Origin: Lingula anatina
Taxonomy: Eukaryota; Animalia; Brachiopoda
Direction: 5' to 3'
Assembly: GCA_051362555.1 (NCBI GenBank)
Contig: CM120640.1
Coordinates: forward strand, 43,440,788-43,504,787
DNA: 64,000 nt
Both the position numbers and the translations under genes were made by a program. Of this stretch, positions 12,401-25,028 are shown one piece after another. The first letter of the stretch is position 1, and each line of letters starts with the position of its first letter. Under the pieces are notes generated by a model. It did not search any database. It was not told the DNA's origin and was given only the letters and a program-made list of their open reading frames with translations.

Positions 12401-14734
12401 GCCAAAAAAGAAAAGAGTAACCGTCTTGCGATTTCTTAGTGGTTTGGATGACAAATTTCTAATATCACCTAGCATTGTTGATTAATAATTTACATGTGTA
12501 TGATTTTTTTTTATTAAGTTGTTCTTTTCAGTCTGTGAGAAGACCATGTTTGTTTCATACGCATACCAAGTTAACAATTAAGCACAGTGATATATTTTAT
12601 GTCCACCTTTTTTCCAAAAAAAAAAGTCGGCCACTAAAGATTGCTTAAACTTTTCCGTAGCTTAGTTGCAGACTGTATTGTCAGATAGCTTCCATATCTA
12701 TGTAGTCTTACCTCTGACCTTCGCAATACAATATGAGCATCCATAAATAAACCAATTGGTGTCATAGCTATAAGGCAATCCACTTGTTTTCCACATTTTT
12801 TACACAAACTCTTTCAGTCATGTATATATGTATGGATTATCTTTAATTTTTAAACTTTGTCTTCATACTATTTAATTATTAATGACTAATGATTAATAAT
12901 TAAAATAATACAGCACTCTACTTTTCTAAATTGTGCCATATAGATTATACTTTTTTCAATTTCCCATAAGACAACAGAAAATGTGCTAAAATAAGAAGTT
13001 TCTTTTAAACACCTAGAGTTAACTGATTGTGAACTAAAGCTTATTAAGGCTAGGCATATGTATTTGCATTTTGTGTGGACTTTTAGACTGTTGATTTTTG
13101 GCTATGTTACACAACATGTATAGAAGATGCCTAACTAGAAGATAGAGTGAACAAGTGCATTTAGCTCATTGTCTTAAATGTAAACCACTTGAAGTCAGGG
13201 GATCAAAGCAGAGTAGTTTAAAAGATTGTCTGCAGCAATGTGAAACTTAGGGTACAGCGAAAAACTTGAATATGGTGGTCTTGAAATTTTTTAACAGAAG
13301 ATGATTTTCTGCGTATGTCAATTTTTTTTCATATTGGAAAATTTGTCACAGTTCAAAATAGGCTTGTGTCAGATTTGACAATTTTGTTGTCATGCAATAT
13401 CTCGTTGCACTCCAAATTCAAAGTTGGTATACAAGTGGATAAGAGATTACTCTAATACATATGTGAGGTATACCTAATACAGTAAAATAACATAAGTAAG
13501 TATTAGTCATAATTATGTCAAGAACACAGTGCATTGCATTAAATATGCCTGCTATCATGATAGATGGGTAATTAATATTGCTGTTCATGAATTATTTATG
13601 GCTGGCTTTATTGATCATACAGTGTTGACTGCTCTTTATTTCTCATGCTAGGCATCCCTGGATGAAATAGTGGCGACAGAGTGTGTATTTTGTGGTGAAT
13701 ACATGATCAAGTAAGTAGTCTCTTTTAATTGTCTCATCATGCAAATAGACATCACACATTTATTGACCAAAAAATTAATATTTTGGAAATAAATGTTTCC
13801 TAATCTAGATGCAGGCTATCGAGATGTGGAAATATTTGATCCACATTTTTGTGATAATATGCTATCCTCCATTCTTAAGAAAAAAGAGAAAGAAAGAAAA
13901 AATAGAAAGAAAATGAAAAGTTTTTTTTTTCATTATGCACTCACTTACCAAAAAAATATATATATTTTGAAAAAAGAGGTTTTCTGTTTCTGGTCTAAAC
14001 TATATCATGTGAATGTGCTTTAACATCAGTATACATACTAAAAATGATTCAGGCCATCCTTAAAAATATTTAATCCATATTTTTGCGGTAATAAAATAAA
14101 AGGAAGAAAGAAAAGAAAAAATATAGAAATTTAAACTTTTTTAATCTTGCAGTTTAAGGCATTTTAAAATAAATTATGAGTCTTGTTTGCATGTTTGCTC
14201 CCTTTGGAGAATGGATGAAAGTTTGAATTCTGTGAAATAGCTCTGTGTCTCAAAGTATTGCTTAATGAAAACAATCGAAATTAAAATTAGAATAACAATT
14301 ATCTTTTTGAAGGGTATTTCCTCTCCTCACCCCGACCCTCCCTTTCTTGTGACCTATACTGAATATTAATGAAAAGAGGCTAGTGAGTGCTATGAATGTC
14401 CTAGAAAGAGAGCCCTATTAAATATGCTTTTCAGTTGCAGTCGCTACCATTCATACTTGCATGGACTTGCAAATATGTCACTGGCTTGTGATTTTAATCT
14501 TATGTCTTAAACCAGAATTTTCCATTTGAATTTGTCTACATACAGGTATCATGATTCTTCCTATTTGAAATTTTGATTTAATTTAAAAGCTCTCCCTTCT
14601 GAAATTATTATAGATGTCACATATGAATGAGAAGTAAAATTGTTTTATTTTGTTCATTTTGTCTTTGTAGGAGCATAGACTTGCCTTTCATCAAAACAGA
14701 GGAGTATGATGATGTCATGAAGACATGGTTATAG
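1436..14734 (+). CDS. VPS18: Vacuolar protein sorting-associated protein 18 (HOPS/CORVET core subunit), 29 coding exons
   Basis: Starts MASLFDQYEQ at ATG 1436. Spliced peptides include IHEIFLDPTGRHLL, ELPGNFGYSKL, IVLTEFHVL, LVTWLTEIYLNQLG, LIASHGDVEDLIYFA, AIHNYLLSLYA, YDVKYALRLC, LKIEDILPFFPDFVTIDHFK and the C-terminal RING-H2 (CSSCGFPL..FPCMHKFHTDCL..ECVFCGE), ending SIDLPFI..TWL* (TAG 14732-14734). All match recalled human VPS18. Confidence 0.97.
2478..2509. repeat. (TA)n microsatellite immediately before a VPS18 acceptor
   Basis: Direct reading of the sequence. Confidence 0.95.
3355..3408. repeat. (TATT)n microsatellite, VPS18 intron
   Basis: Direct reading; explains the YLFI-repeat ORFs. 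Confidence 0.95.
5997..6233 (+). other. Candidate U12-type (minor spliceosome) GT-AG intron in VPS18
   Basis: Donor GTATCCTG; branch-point-like TCCTTAAT at 6217-6224, about 10 nt before an AAG acceptor, with no pyrimidine tract in between. Splicing keeps the frame (KLMP|YPKDDE). Confidence 0.75.
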
Positions 14735-16092
14735 CTTATAGGACAGAAGATTATTTATATTTAGAGATGGATGGACTGAATAATGCTGATACGATTTGTG
14801 AAATGAAAATAAACATTGTACTTTAAGATTAAGATTAAAGAGACAAATAGAACCTAAGATTTGAAAATAGGACTCATGTGGACTTTAAATTTTAATTTAT
14901 ATTTCATATTGCCATAAAATTACTGACAAAAAATGAATTCTTCCAGTTATATGTGACAGCTGCTATTATAATAGTCAAAGACTAATTTAGACCAGTGCGC
15001 TTATCAGCATACTTTTTATTGTTGCATGGTAGCCAATTATCATTGTTGACAGATTTGGTGCAAGTCATTTCAAATAGAACTTTATTACTGTATTTGTTTG
15101 ACTTTTACAATAAGCCAACCTTCTAGCCGGTAAAGATAACACGAGAACCTCATAAATAATAGTTTGCCTAATTTATTCCATGCACAGAGAAAAAAAGAAA
15201 GTGAATGGACTCCTGTTATCTCTGACTGTCCATTTGTCAATGGGCGTTATCTTCTTTTTGCAACGCTTGCAGCATTCTGTCAATTGCAACATCCCCCTAA
15301 GTGAATATGTTTGCTACACAATCTCCTTTCTTCCATTTATTATTATTTTTTTATTTATTTATTTTTGTGAACTGTTTAAAAATTAATAATCAAACATTTC
15401 CTGGCTGTACCCTTTCTATCAAATTCAAATTAACCTTTAGCAGGTGAAGACCTCAAAACTGTAGATCTACAGCTTTATTTGCAATTATTGAAACGATCGT
15501 TTTTTTTTTAATAAATCAAGTTGAGAAGGGTGAATAAAATTATTTGATAATGATTGTTTTCGGAAGTCGTTTTACCTTTTCAAAATTTGATTATTTTAAA
15601 TCCTTTTTGCTCCGCTACTTCTGCGCACGAAGTGTCCAGTGTAAGTGCTGAGAAGTCGCTTTTGTATTAAGAAATGTAAAAAAATAATCAAAATTTAACG
15701 CACTAATCCATGGAGTCAAAATGTGTCCAGTCCTTTTAAGAACAAAGAACTTAATTCTTGATGAGAAAGACATTCGTATTTATAATTTTTATCGTTTGTT
15801 AACTTTATATTGATGCTTCAAAGAGGGTCTAAGTGCATTCAACGCTGCAAAAAAAATAAAATCCTCTTTTACTGGCGTTCAAACAGAAACTACTTTAATT
15901 TTATTTTAAAAAAATGTTGCCCACTCGATTCCTCGCAATCACGCGTAACTGTTTTGTTCATGTAACACCATGACGTTCAACGTACAGATACGCGTGCATT
16001 TCAGTAATAACTACGTCAGACGTTCTTGACGCTGCTCGCGCACATTCCCTTGGACGTGCCAGCAAATATAGTCTGCCAGATCTACGTTCAAG

Positions 16093-16755
16093 ATGGCGAC
16101 AACCAACTTCACAACGAAATCTGAACTGCCACCTCAGCCTAAAAAGACATCTTTCCAAACGGTAACTTGGTTATGCTTATTCGATTCTTTGCGTTACTGA
16201 TCTATCCAAAATAGAATCTGTTTAGCTACAGTGGTAGACCACATCAACTAACGTTTGTGAATCTAGCTATAATCTTAGTGATTCCATAAGACTAAGAGTT
16301 GTGAATTTATGCAGTTTACATTTCAAGCAATGATTGATATATATATGGCGTGCATAAAAATTCTTGATTCTCTTTCAATAAAGGCTGCGAATAAATTCCG
16401 GTTGCTTAGTCGTCTTGGTAAATCAGATGGAACTAAGAATCAAAATGAAGACGAGTAAGTTAACTTCGGTATTCCCCATCGAACTTCTTATTCTATTTTT
16501 TCATCATTAAACGTAGGCCTATATTGATTATAAATAATGTAGAGTTTGCTTATTCCAAATCAGATTTTACGTAACTGTCCCATAATCATTGAGACTTAAA
16601 ATATATTCACTTATGTCTTTTTTTAATCGAAGTCCTCCCAAATGATGTTTTTATCATATCTACAGAGTCCAAGATGTGCAGAGAAGATTTCTTTTCGACG
16701 ATGCAGCAGTAAGTCTCTTAATAGTCCAGTTTGAGCAAAATTTGCCACTTTGGGC

Positions 16756-16803
<48 letters not shown>

Positions 16804-19800
16804 TTTCACTGTTTAAAATACGTCTAGAATAAGGCACATTTAATGTCAAATCATGCAGCGTCACAATAAAAGGGAGAGAAAAAAATTGACAGCTGAGAAA
16901 ATGCATTTACTACTAGGCCTACCACTACTTATACTCTCCCTTAAGCATAACAGTGGAACGACTTACTCGAGCGTGTCCGTTTTTTTTTTTTTTTCTCAAA
17001 TAGTATCGTGTACGATTCTTAAGCAAATTTCAGATATTTCTGCTCAAGTAGAATACATCAGTAATGTATGACAATCATTCAAAATTTTCAAATGTTTTGC
17101 ACTTACTTACACAGTTACGACCAGGTGCATCCATCAAAGAACTGTTCAAGTCCGAGGAACCTCCAGAGATTGACTTTAATGATATTGTTGACCTAGATGA
17201 TGGCACTGTAGAAAACTTTGTCTCCACTCAACTTGTTGGTACAATGTTGGAAAGTTTTGCCTTCCGTATGATGATATTTGGTTTAATTGTAGTCAATTCG
17301 GCACTTATTGGAATCCAAACTGACGAAGTTCTGGTAAGAGCCTTGTATTGAAGCCTATATTGAAAACGTTTATAAGCAACTGGTTTGGTTTCATAATTTG
17401 CTGTTCCAGAACTCTAAGACAAACATGAAATATTTAAGATTTTCAGAAAGTTGCAAACTTTCGAAGTTTTAAGTCAAAAATACACATTTATTAACTATCA
17501 GTACATGCTCATTTGTTTAGTGCGTGTTTATACAATTTCTTGCAGTCTGAAAGATACACATTTCTGTTCTCCATCTTCGACCAAGTGGTGCTTACAATTT
17601 TTGCAATGGAGATCCTACTTAAATGGTACAACGGGTTTTGGATATTTTGGAGGGCTGGCTGGAACCTGCTGGATTTCACTATCATATTGGCTTTGTTACT
17701 CGGTCCGAGTAAGTGAATATACTTCTATACTACTATATATTAACAGCTAATCCATACAGTAGTCTTAGTTTGTTTAAGATATAACTTTTTGGCCATTATT
17801 TGATGTCATTATCTTAAATCAAGAGGATACGAAAAAATCTATCACACCTGTCTTTATATTTTATTTAAAACAAACCGAAAAACGTAATACGCGTATTTAA
17901 ATTCATTAATATATCTCATTAAGCTTTGACGTTCCTAAGTAGCAGTCGAATTCTTCGGATACTGAGGGTGTTGAGGGCCTTTAGGAGCTTACGAAGTGTG
18001 AGCGCCCTATCTGGCTTGTCTCTGGTGGTCCAAACTATTCTGCAGTCCATACCAGGTAACGACATATGCCTATGAACATGTATGGTTGAAATAAAAATAC
18101 CTGGTCTCTTTTTAAAATTTTATAATGGGTATCTTCGCTTTTATGCAATTTCGAAATTCAAATACATTTGTCATTATCTTTATTCCTGTTATATTTCAAA
18201 ACCTACAGTCATCAAAATCTATCCATAAGTGGCCAACAGGAGTCTTCATTTAGTAACATAAAATCATTTATTCATTTTATCACAGACATGATGAACATAG
18301 TCCTACTCCTTTGCATATTGTTGACCATGCTCGGTGTCGCAGGGGTGATGTTATTTGGGAAGACGTTTCCTGAATATTTTGGCGACTTACCTTCAGGTAA
18401 ATACCATCTGTGGTGCGATGCACTTGCTTCAGAACGCTGTTTCCTTGTAGAAATAGTTATAATTTTATAAGTGTTGCAATAGTTTCTGTCATCGCTCACT
18501 CGTGTACAAACATTTATAAAGGCATGTCGTATGTTATTATGTATTTACCCGTTCTATTATTTTACTAATTGAAATACATGGACCTTTTTCCAGCTATATT
18601 TACTCTCTTCATCTGCGTAACTCAAGACGGTTGGGTGGGGATCTTTGAAAAATTCAAGGTGAGAATGGAATGTCGATTTCTATTTCAATTTCAATTTCAT
18701 TTTTCAATTACAATGAATGCATTAAAACAATTTTCGTTGTACTTTTTTTGCTTTAATTTTTGAAATCTAGAAAACTTAAGAATGTCAAGAACAAAAACTA
18801 GGCAAATGTTTTTCTTTAATATTTAAGCAAATGGGAGGAAGTGTGCACATCGGTGGTGCAATCTACTTCTTTGTGTCTATTATGGTGGGCGCCTTCGTGT
18901 TCGCCAACTTGGTCGTTGCCGTGGTTGTGACAAATCTGGTAGGTATTATTTACTTAGTATTTTTTCACGTTTTAGGTTAATGTGACAAAACGCAAGTATT
19001 CCCGGAAACAATTTTGATACAGATTTGCAACAGATAAAGAACAAAAAATTGTAGAATTGCTTAGACTGAAATAGTATTTTTTTGCTTTGCAAGAAGCAAG
19101 TGAGCGACAAAGAAGGGGAGGGGCGCTTATTCACAAAACAGACTTACATAGACATGGCTCTACTCTTTGTGAATAAAACATGTTCCCTGCTTTCAGGAAA
19201 TGGCCATGCGTGAGTTTCGCGAAGAGTTTGCCGCCATGGAGGACACATTGGCTTCGAGTGTTTATTCCGATGATGACCGTAAATGAATGTTTTTTTTACT
19301 TTCCTTTAAGAAACAACACTTTGCTATTTGTGGCAAAATTTTGCCTTTAAATCTTCACCAATATCTTCGACACAAGTGTACGTTATCTATGCTACATTTT
19401 TCGTTTTTCTCTAATTTAGAGGCCTCTGAAGAAGTACCGTTGGTGCGTGTGGAAGAAGCACACAGGAAAATGAATTTGTCATCACAAAGGCCTCTCCTAG
19501 TATCAGTGAGTATCCAACTGTTAGTTTTTAATTTCTCATATTTTTTTACTGCTCATATGATCAGTCAGTTGAGAAGTAGGCATAATTTGTATTTCAATAT
19601 CAACACTCAGAATTTCTTAAGCTCATCTTGTCACGAATTAGCATATACGTAAAATACCGTGATACATGTACTGATTTTTCACAATCTCGACATTTATCAT
19701 TGTTATTTTAAAGACGATGCCAGGTTTGTACAACAAAAGAATGGAGCAATACATAATGGTTTTGATGGCGCTAGAGAAGAACTTAGTGGAATATAAACAA

Positions 19801-20802
19801 CTCCGTGAAAAAATAGACGAGGTTGGTATCACTGAAGTATAAACTTGTGGTATGACAATCAGCTATCGCTCTCTCTCTCTGAAATACACGCTTACATATT
19901 TTATTAATTACTCAGTGGAAAACACACTTGGTTACTCTGATTTAATTTCTATTGTAATTCTACATGTACCGATCATTTACATCTGTCGTAGATGTATCAC
20001 AAATAAAAAAAATCTCACCAACATGAAAATCTGTCCTGCCTAGATTTGATAAAACTGCATCTTTATTTATTGGTCGATATTTTTTTTAGCTATTTTCATT
20101 GTTTTGCTACTTTTTGTATATTCAAAGCTTTGTATAGAGAATGCATCCACGTACCTGTGAGTGTTATTACATACATTACATCGTCTGTTGTCACTAGATA
20201 TTCGATGAAGTTTGCGAGGTCAATTCTCGTGACGAAATTTTAGACAACCCTGACCTGCACCACACAGCCCCTATAGACCTAAGAGTTGTCGGAGTAGGTA
20301 TAACTCCATTTCTCAAGTGTCAAATCAAAAACAAGACCTAAGTAGCAATCGCATCTTCCCTGCGAATGTTACGCATGCCATGGCTACATCATTGACATGA
20401 GAAGATATGTAGTTCTCTGTTATTAGGTCTAGTTAGGTACTAGTGTTTTTATTCTCAGACACCAGTTTTAATGTTAAGATAAGACGTCAAATTTTAAACC
20501 AATTCAATACATAAAATGACCCATTTTGTGGCATTTATAAAATGTAATTGTAATTTCATAATGGACAGCAATCTAATAAGCATATTTTTATATTGTAGAC
20601 AAAAGGTGACATCTTGTCCAATATTATGTCCCTGGATAAAGGCCCTGCCAGTAAAGCGGGACAAACAATTCATGATGTGATACGACAGACGGCCTTAACG
20701 ATTGTCGGGACGGACAACGCACACCTACGTGCTCCCAGTATAAACACTATGCTGACCGCTAGAGGAAAGCATCATGATTCAGTCGATAAAAAGAACGCCT
20801 GA
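16093..20802 (+). CDS. CATSPER4: Cation channel sperm-associated protein 4 (CatSper4), 14 exons
   Basis: ATG 16093 (MATTNFTTKS). S2-S3 FSIFDQVVLTIFAMEILLKWYNGFWIFWRAGWNLLDF, S4 RILRILRVLRAFRSLR, ILQSIPDMMNI, pore TLFICVTQDGWV, S6 IGGAIYFF..VVVTNL, coiled coil LMALEKNLVEYKQLREKI, GDILSNIMSLDK. These track recalled human CATSPER4 (WLNGFWIFWKDGWN, TLFICITQDGWV, IGGAIYF). Exon phases are consistent up to TGA at 20800-20802. Confidence 0.92.
16757..16802. repeat. Poly-T tract in CATSPER4 intron 3
   Basis: Direct reading; explains the poly-K ORF on the minus strand. Confidence 0.9.
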
Positions 20803-21828
20803 AAGCCTACACGTACACAGACGATACAATATGGCATAATAAAGATAAAACGGTGACATATATTTTTATTCTGCAGTTAATATGAGTATCAGGTACCAAA
20901 ATTAAAGAGACCCCCCCCCAAAAAAAAAAAAAAAAAAAAAAAAAATGACGAGAAAGAGACTGCTCTTTTCACTGCTGATTACTGTGTGTACGTTGTGTTA
21001 ACCATAGCGAGGTCTTCTCGGCATTATAAGCATTTGGTTGGATATTATTCTGTATTAGTAATATGTTTCCAAGATTACTATATCCAGGTTAGAAAGCAGA
21101 CATGATATTTATTTTATGCACCTACCCAGAAAAATTATGCATCATAACTGGACCACTAATACTTTGCACAGTGTAGTTTCCTTTGATTGACAGATTTATG
21201 TGTATTATGTTTTACGTCAGCTTTTTCGTTGACGTTAAAGAGTTGCAAGTGATGTGAAAAAAGTCCACTGAAGGGGTATGCACTGTGCGGAAAGAGTTGA
21301 TTATTGTTACATACAGATATTGTTCACATCCCAGTATCAGAAATTCTGTCTCTGTAATAAACGGTTTGATTTATTTCAAAATGTCGTACAAAATGCAAAA
21401 CTTTTTAATAAATCTCTCATTAATAAAATGTTACGTTTAAATATCTCCTAGTATTTCTATTTAGTTTCTTTTTAAGAACTGTTTAGAATTAGCCGATCTC
21501 TTCATCTTCTCTAAAAATAACACACACCTTTTCACATACTTTGGATATTTTATAGTGATGGAGTGCAGTGTGTTAATTAATCGCATAATGATAGCAATTA
21601 TCATGACAAACGCCCACTTGAAATTTTTGGATTCATAGCAATACAAAGTCAACTATTAGAATCTCGTTTCGAAACGGTATTATATGAACTTGTGTGGATT
21701 AACTCATTTTCTTTGTATGTGCGTGTGTTTGTGTCTTCTTTTCGATCCGTGGAAAGAGTTGCACGGATTGTAGTTTCTCTAAAAGAAGGGAATCTTTTTT
21801 GGACAGATGAAAATGAAACCACGGAGTC

Positions 21829-21836
21829 TATATAAG
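21829..21836 (+). promoter_or_regulatory. Candidate TATA box (TATATAAG) for the cystine-knot gene
   Basis: Lies about 30 nt upstream of the short first coding exon (21866-21880), which ends in a strong GTGAGT donor. Confidence 0.5.
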
Positions 21837-21865
21837 TTTTATTTAAGTGTGGTACGCTGAAAAGG

Positions 21866-23149
21866 ATGAATTGGCGAATGGTGAGTACTTAAATTCGAGA
21901 CCATTCAACTCAGATGCACATTGAACGCGGCCATTATGGTCCGGATGAATAATTTTCCAAAAGCTTCGAGTTTATTTTCGAATAATATTTTTATTCAATT
22001 TTTTTCTTCTTAGGGGTACATTAAAACCAAAGTTTGAGAAGAAAATACTTAGAAAATGCTATTTTCTACATTTCTTTGTCATGAAATTATCCGTCAACAT
22101 TCTAAAGTTGCAGTTGAACGGGGGAGAGGGGTTTTCTTATCTTTTTTATCCTTGTGAGATATGTATTATATTGATATAATTGTGATAATTAAAAGATTCT
22201 AGGCTCCAGGGTATTTGGCAGATTTCAAGTTCTGGGGCACCATACCGCAACATGTTATATTGTCATGTTCAGTGTTTTCGAATTCTGTTACCACACTTGG
22301 TTTTAAAGTAGTTTGATTATAAATGTCAGTTACTAGAGCTGTGGTAGTAGAATTCTAGGCTCTGTGATTTTAATTAAAATCAGTTACAAAGTCTTGTTCA
22401 AATACTGATTGTCATTGAAGATGCCCATTTCTAGATGTACATATCAAAGTTATCTCACTGTGAATATATTTTCAACACATTTGATAAAATTTTATTAGAT
22501 ATTTTTAATTGTTAAAATGGCTGAATACATGACCAATGTCATGTAGGTTTGCCATAAAAAAACGCAGTTTAATCAGCAAAACCGAAAATTGTCTTTCCGT
22601 CATACAATGTACCTTGGCGGGCAATTGGTGAAAATTAATATAAATACGGCACAGTCCCGAGTAAATATAGGACCCACTGAAAGGAAATAGAACCAATCAA
22701 CACCGTGAAACAAGAACTAGTATTGTTATTAACTGGATGCAAAATGTCCATTGCCGCTCAGGATAAATATATCCAATGCAGTTCAATATGTTCAAGTTAT
22801 TCTTTTTATTCGGGATAAAACTTTTGAAAACTTTCTGGTTCTTTCTTTTTCCCTAGTGCTTATCTCATCACCAACTAATGTATCACCATTTTTAAAATTG
22901 AAATATATATTTTTTCAAATTATCCTTAAAATTGCCTGCACTAATATATCTGATCAGATTGACGTCGGTGTACTGCAAACATGCCTTAATGTAATGATAT
23001 TACACATGAAGCAATTGCGAAAATACATTACCTGAATAATACCTGAGTAATTTTTTTATTTAGTTTTATAGATTAAACCTTTCTGGAATTAGATTCATGC
23101 TTTCATTCTTCAGTGTTTAAAGTTTCAACCCCCAGTTAACTTTTAATAA

Positions 23150-23222
<73 letters not shown>

Positions 23223-24989
23223 AACAATTTTGTTCTCTTAATACCTATTGCAAAAAGGGTGTATAGTATGTGTGAACACACACGCTGACTGCAAATAATA
23301 AAGCAAACCCCCCCCCCCCCAAAAAAAAAAAAAATAGACATAGAAATTTAATAAAGTGTTATATAATCTAAAAATCAATTGGATGGAATGGCCTCATCGA
23401 TTTTATCACATTCAATTATAATTTATTCATTACTTCCTATGCGGTATAGACATTCGTAAAACATATTTTGGATAACTGTCTTAACTTTATCCCAAGGCGT
23501 CAAGGCGTTTGATTTAGCATTCCTCTTCATTGATTACCCCAAGTGCTTTTGAATGGATTAACCTGCTCTCGTCACTGCGGTCATTTTAGCACCTTGGAAA
23601 CCGTTTGTTCTGACCGACCGCAACATTCAATACGTTATTGTAATTTACATGTAAATTATTCAAGTAAGATTATCGTTCTTGAATTCTGGATGGATTTATG
23701 TAGAAATGAATGGATCACTTCACTTTATAGTCAATTTTAACTGTACATGAAGGCAGGAACTAACAATTACAGCTTTTCAGAAACACCACTTAATGAATAA
23801 TCTAATGGGCCGTTTGTCTGACTGTTCACCTGTTTTCATGCTCTACAATATGTTTCTACCTCACCAACTCACATGTGCAAATGAATTTTCGAAGTATTTG
23901 AATGCCTTATTATCGAACTCTTGTTTCTTACTGTAATCACTAATATGTGTTAAAGACACAGGTTTTAATGAAAATTTTGTGATAAGCAATGATAAGTTAC
24001 CATCAGACCTAAATACGTTTAAAACATTTAAATTACATATGTTTATAATATGTAAACTAAATTATTTATAAAAACAGCATCGATATTCAAGATCAAGTAC
24101 AAGGGTCAGATTGGTGAGATTCTCTGTAACTAATTAATTCTCAAAAAAAAAAAAAAAAAAAAAAAAAAACGAAATACTTTTGCATACAGCCTATTGCATT
24201 ATGAATAAACTGAGGTTAACGCGATCAAAATCCGTTCCATTGAGTATTTGGCACCAAAACTTGCCTCCTATGGCTTCAAGGGATATTGTTTTCCTTATTT
24301 CAGTTATTTGGCATTGAAATAAGTGGCGTTTCAACCAACTGCACTATAAACTAATGCTTTATGTACGTACACTGTAGGCCATAACTTAAACGTTGGTCAT
24401 TAGTTATGTAAATCATTTTGTAAGGGCCATGTCAGAAGTACTCTTGTCATTTTTCTTAGCGCGCACTTAAATTTGGAGTCATATCATCGCCCTACCACCA
24501 TATGTTAAATGACATCAGGGTCTTCTGTTATGGCTGCAGGGCTGTAGAGATGCGATTTTCTTACTTATTCATGAGGCCACGCTCATCCAGCACATCACTG
24601 CGGCCAGCTGATAATCTTCAAAGTGTATAGTATGAAGTACTTTAATGTTAAGAAAATATGAAGTTTTGAGATGCCCCTCCCCCTGGTAGAGAATGAATGA
24701 ACAACTACTTCTGTACTTGGTGTTAAGGGTTCCATTTCCTGCTCTTGCAAAAATTAATACATGTCTTATGTTGTCTATAGCATCGATGATTTATTCACTC
24801 GCTGACACTATTAACAGAAATTATTATATGTAATTTATCCTGAAAGAGAACTGAGTTAGGTGCTTCTACTCTGTGTCCTTATACTACTTCATCCATTCAT
24901 ATTTTCACTTTGTAAAATATTCAAATGAGCTCGAAACGAAACCTTAAAAAGCGTGCTACTTTCGAAATTACACATCACTAAGGCACCTT

Positions 24990-25028
<39 letters not shown>

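Noticed and set aside
12596-13640. Possible decayed Helitron-associated repeat fragments in the long VPS18 intron (similar impression at ~22500-23060)
   Set aside because: Only a vague resemblance; no terminal repeats, target-site duplication or second copy demonstrable in the window.
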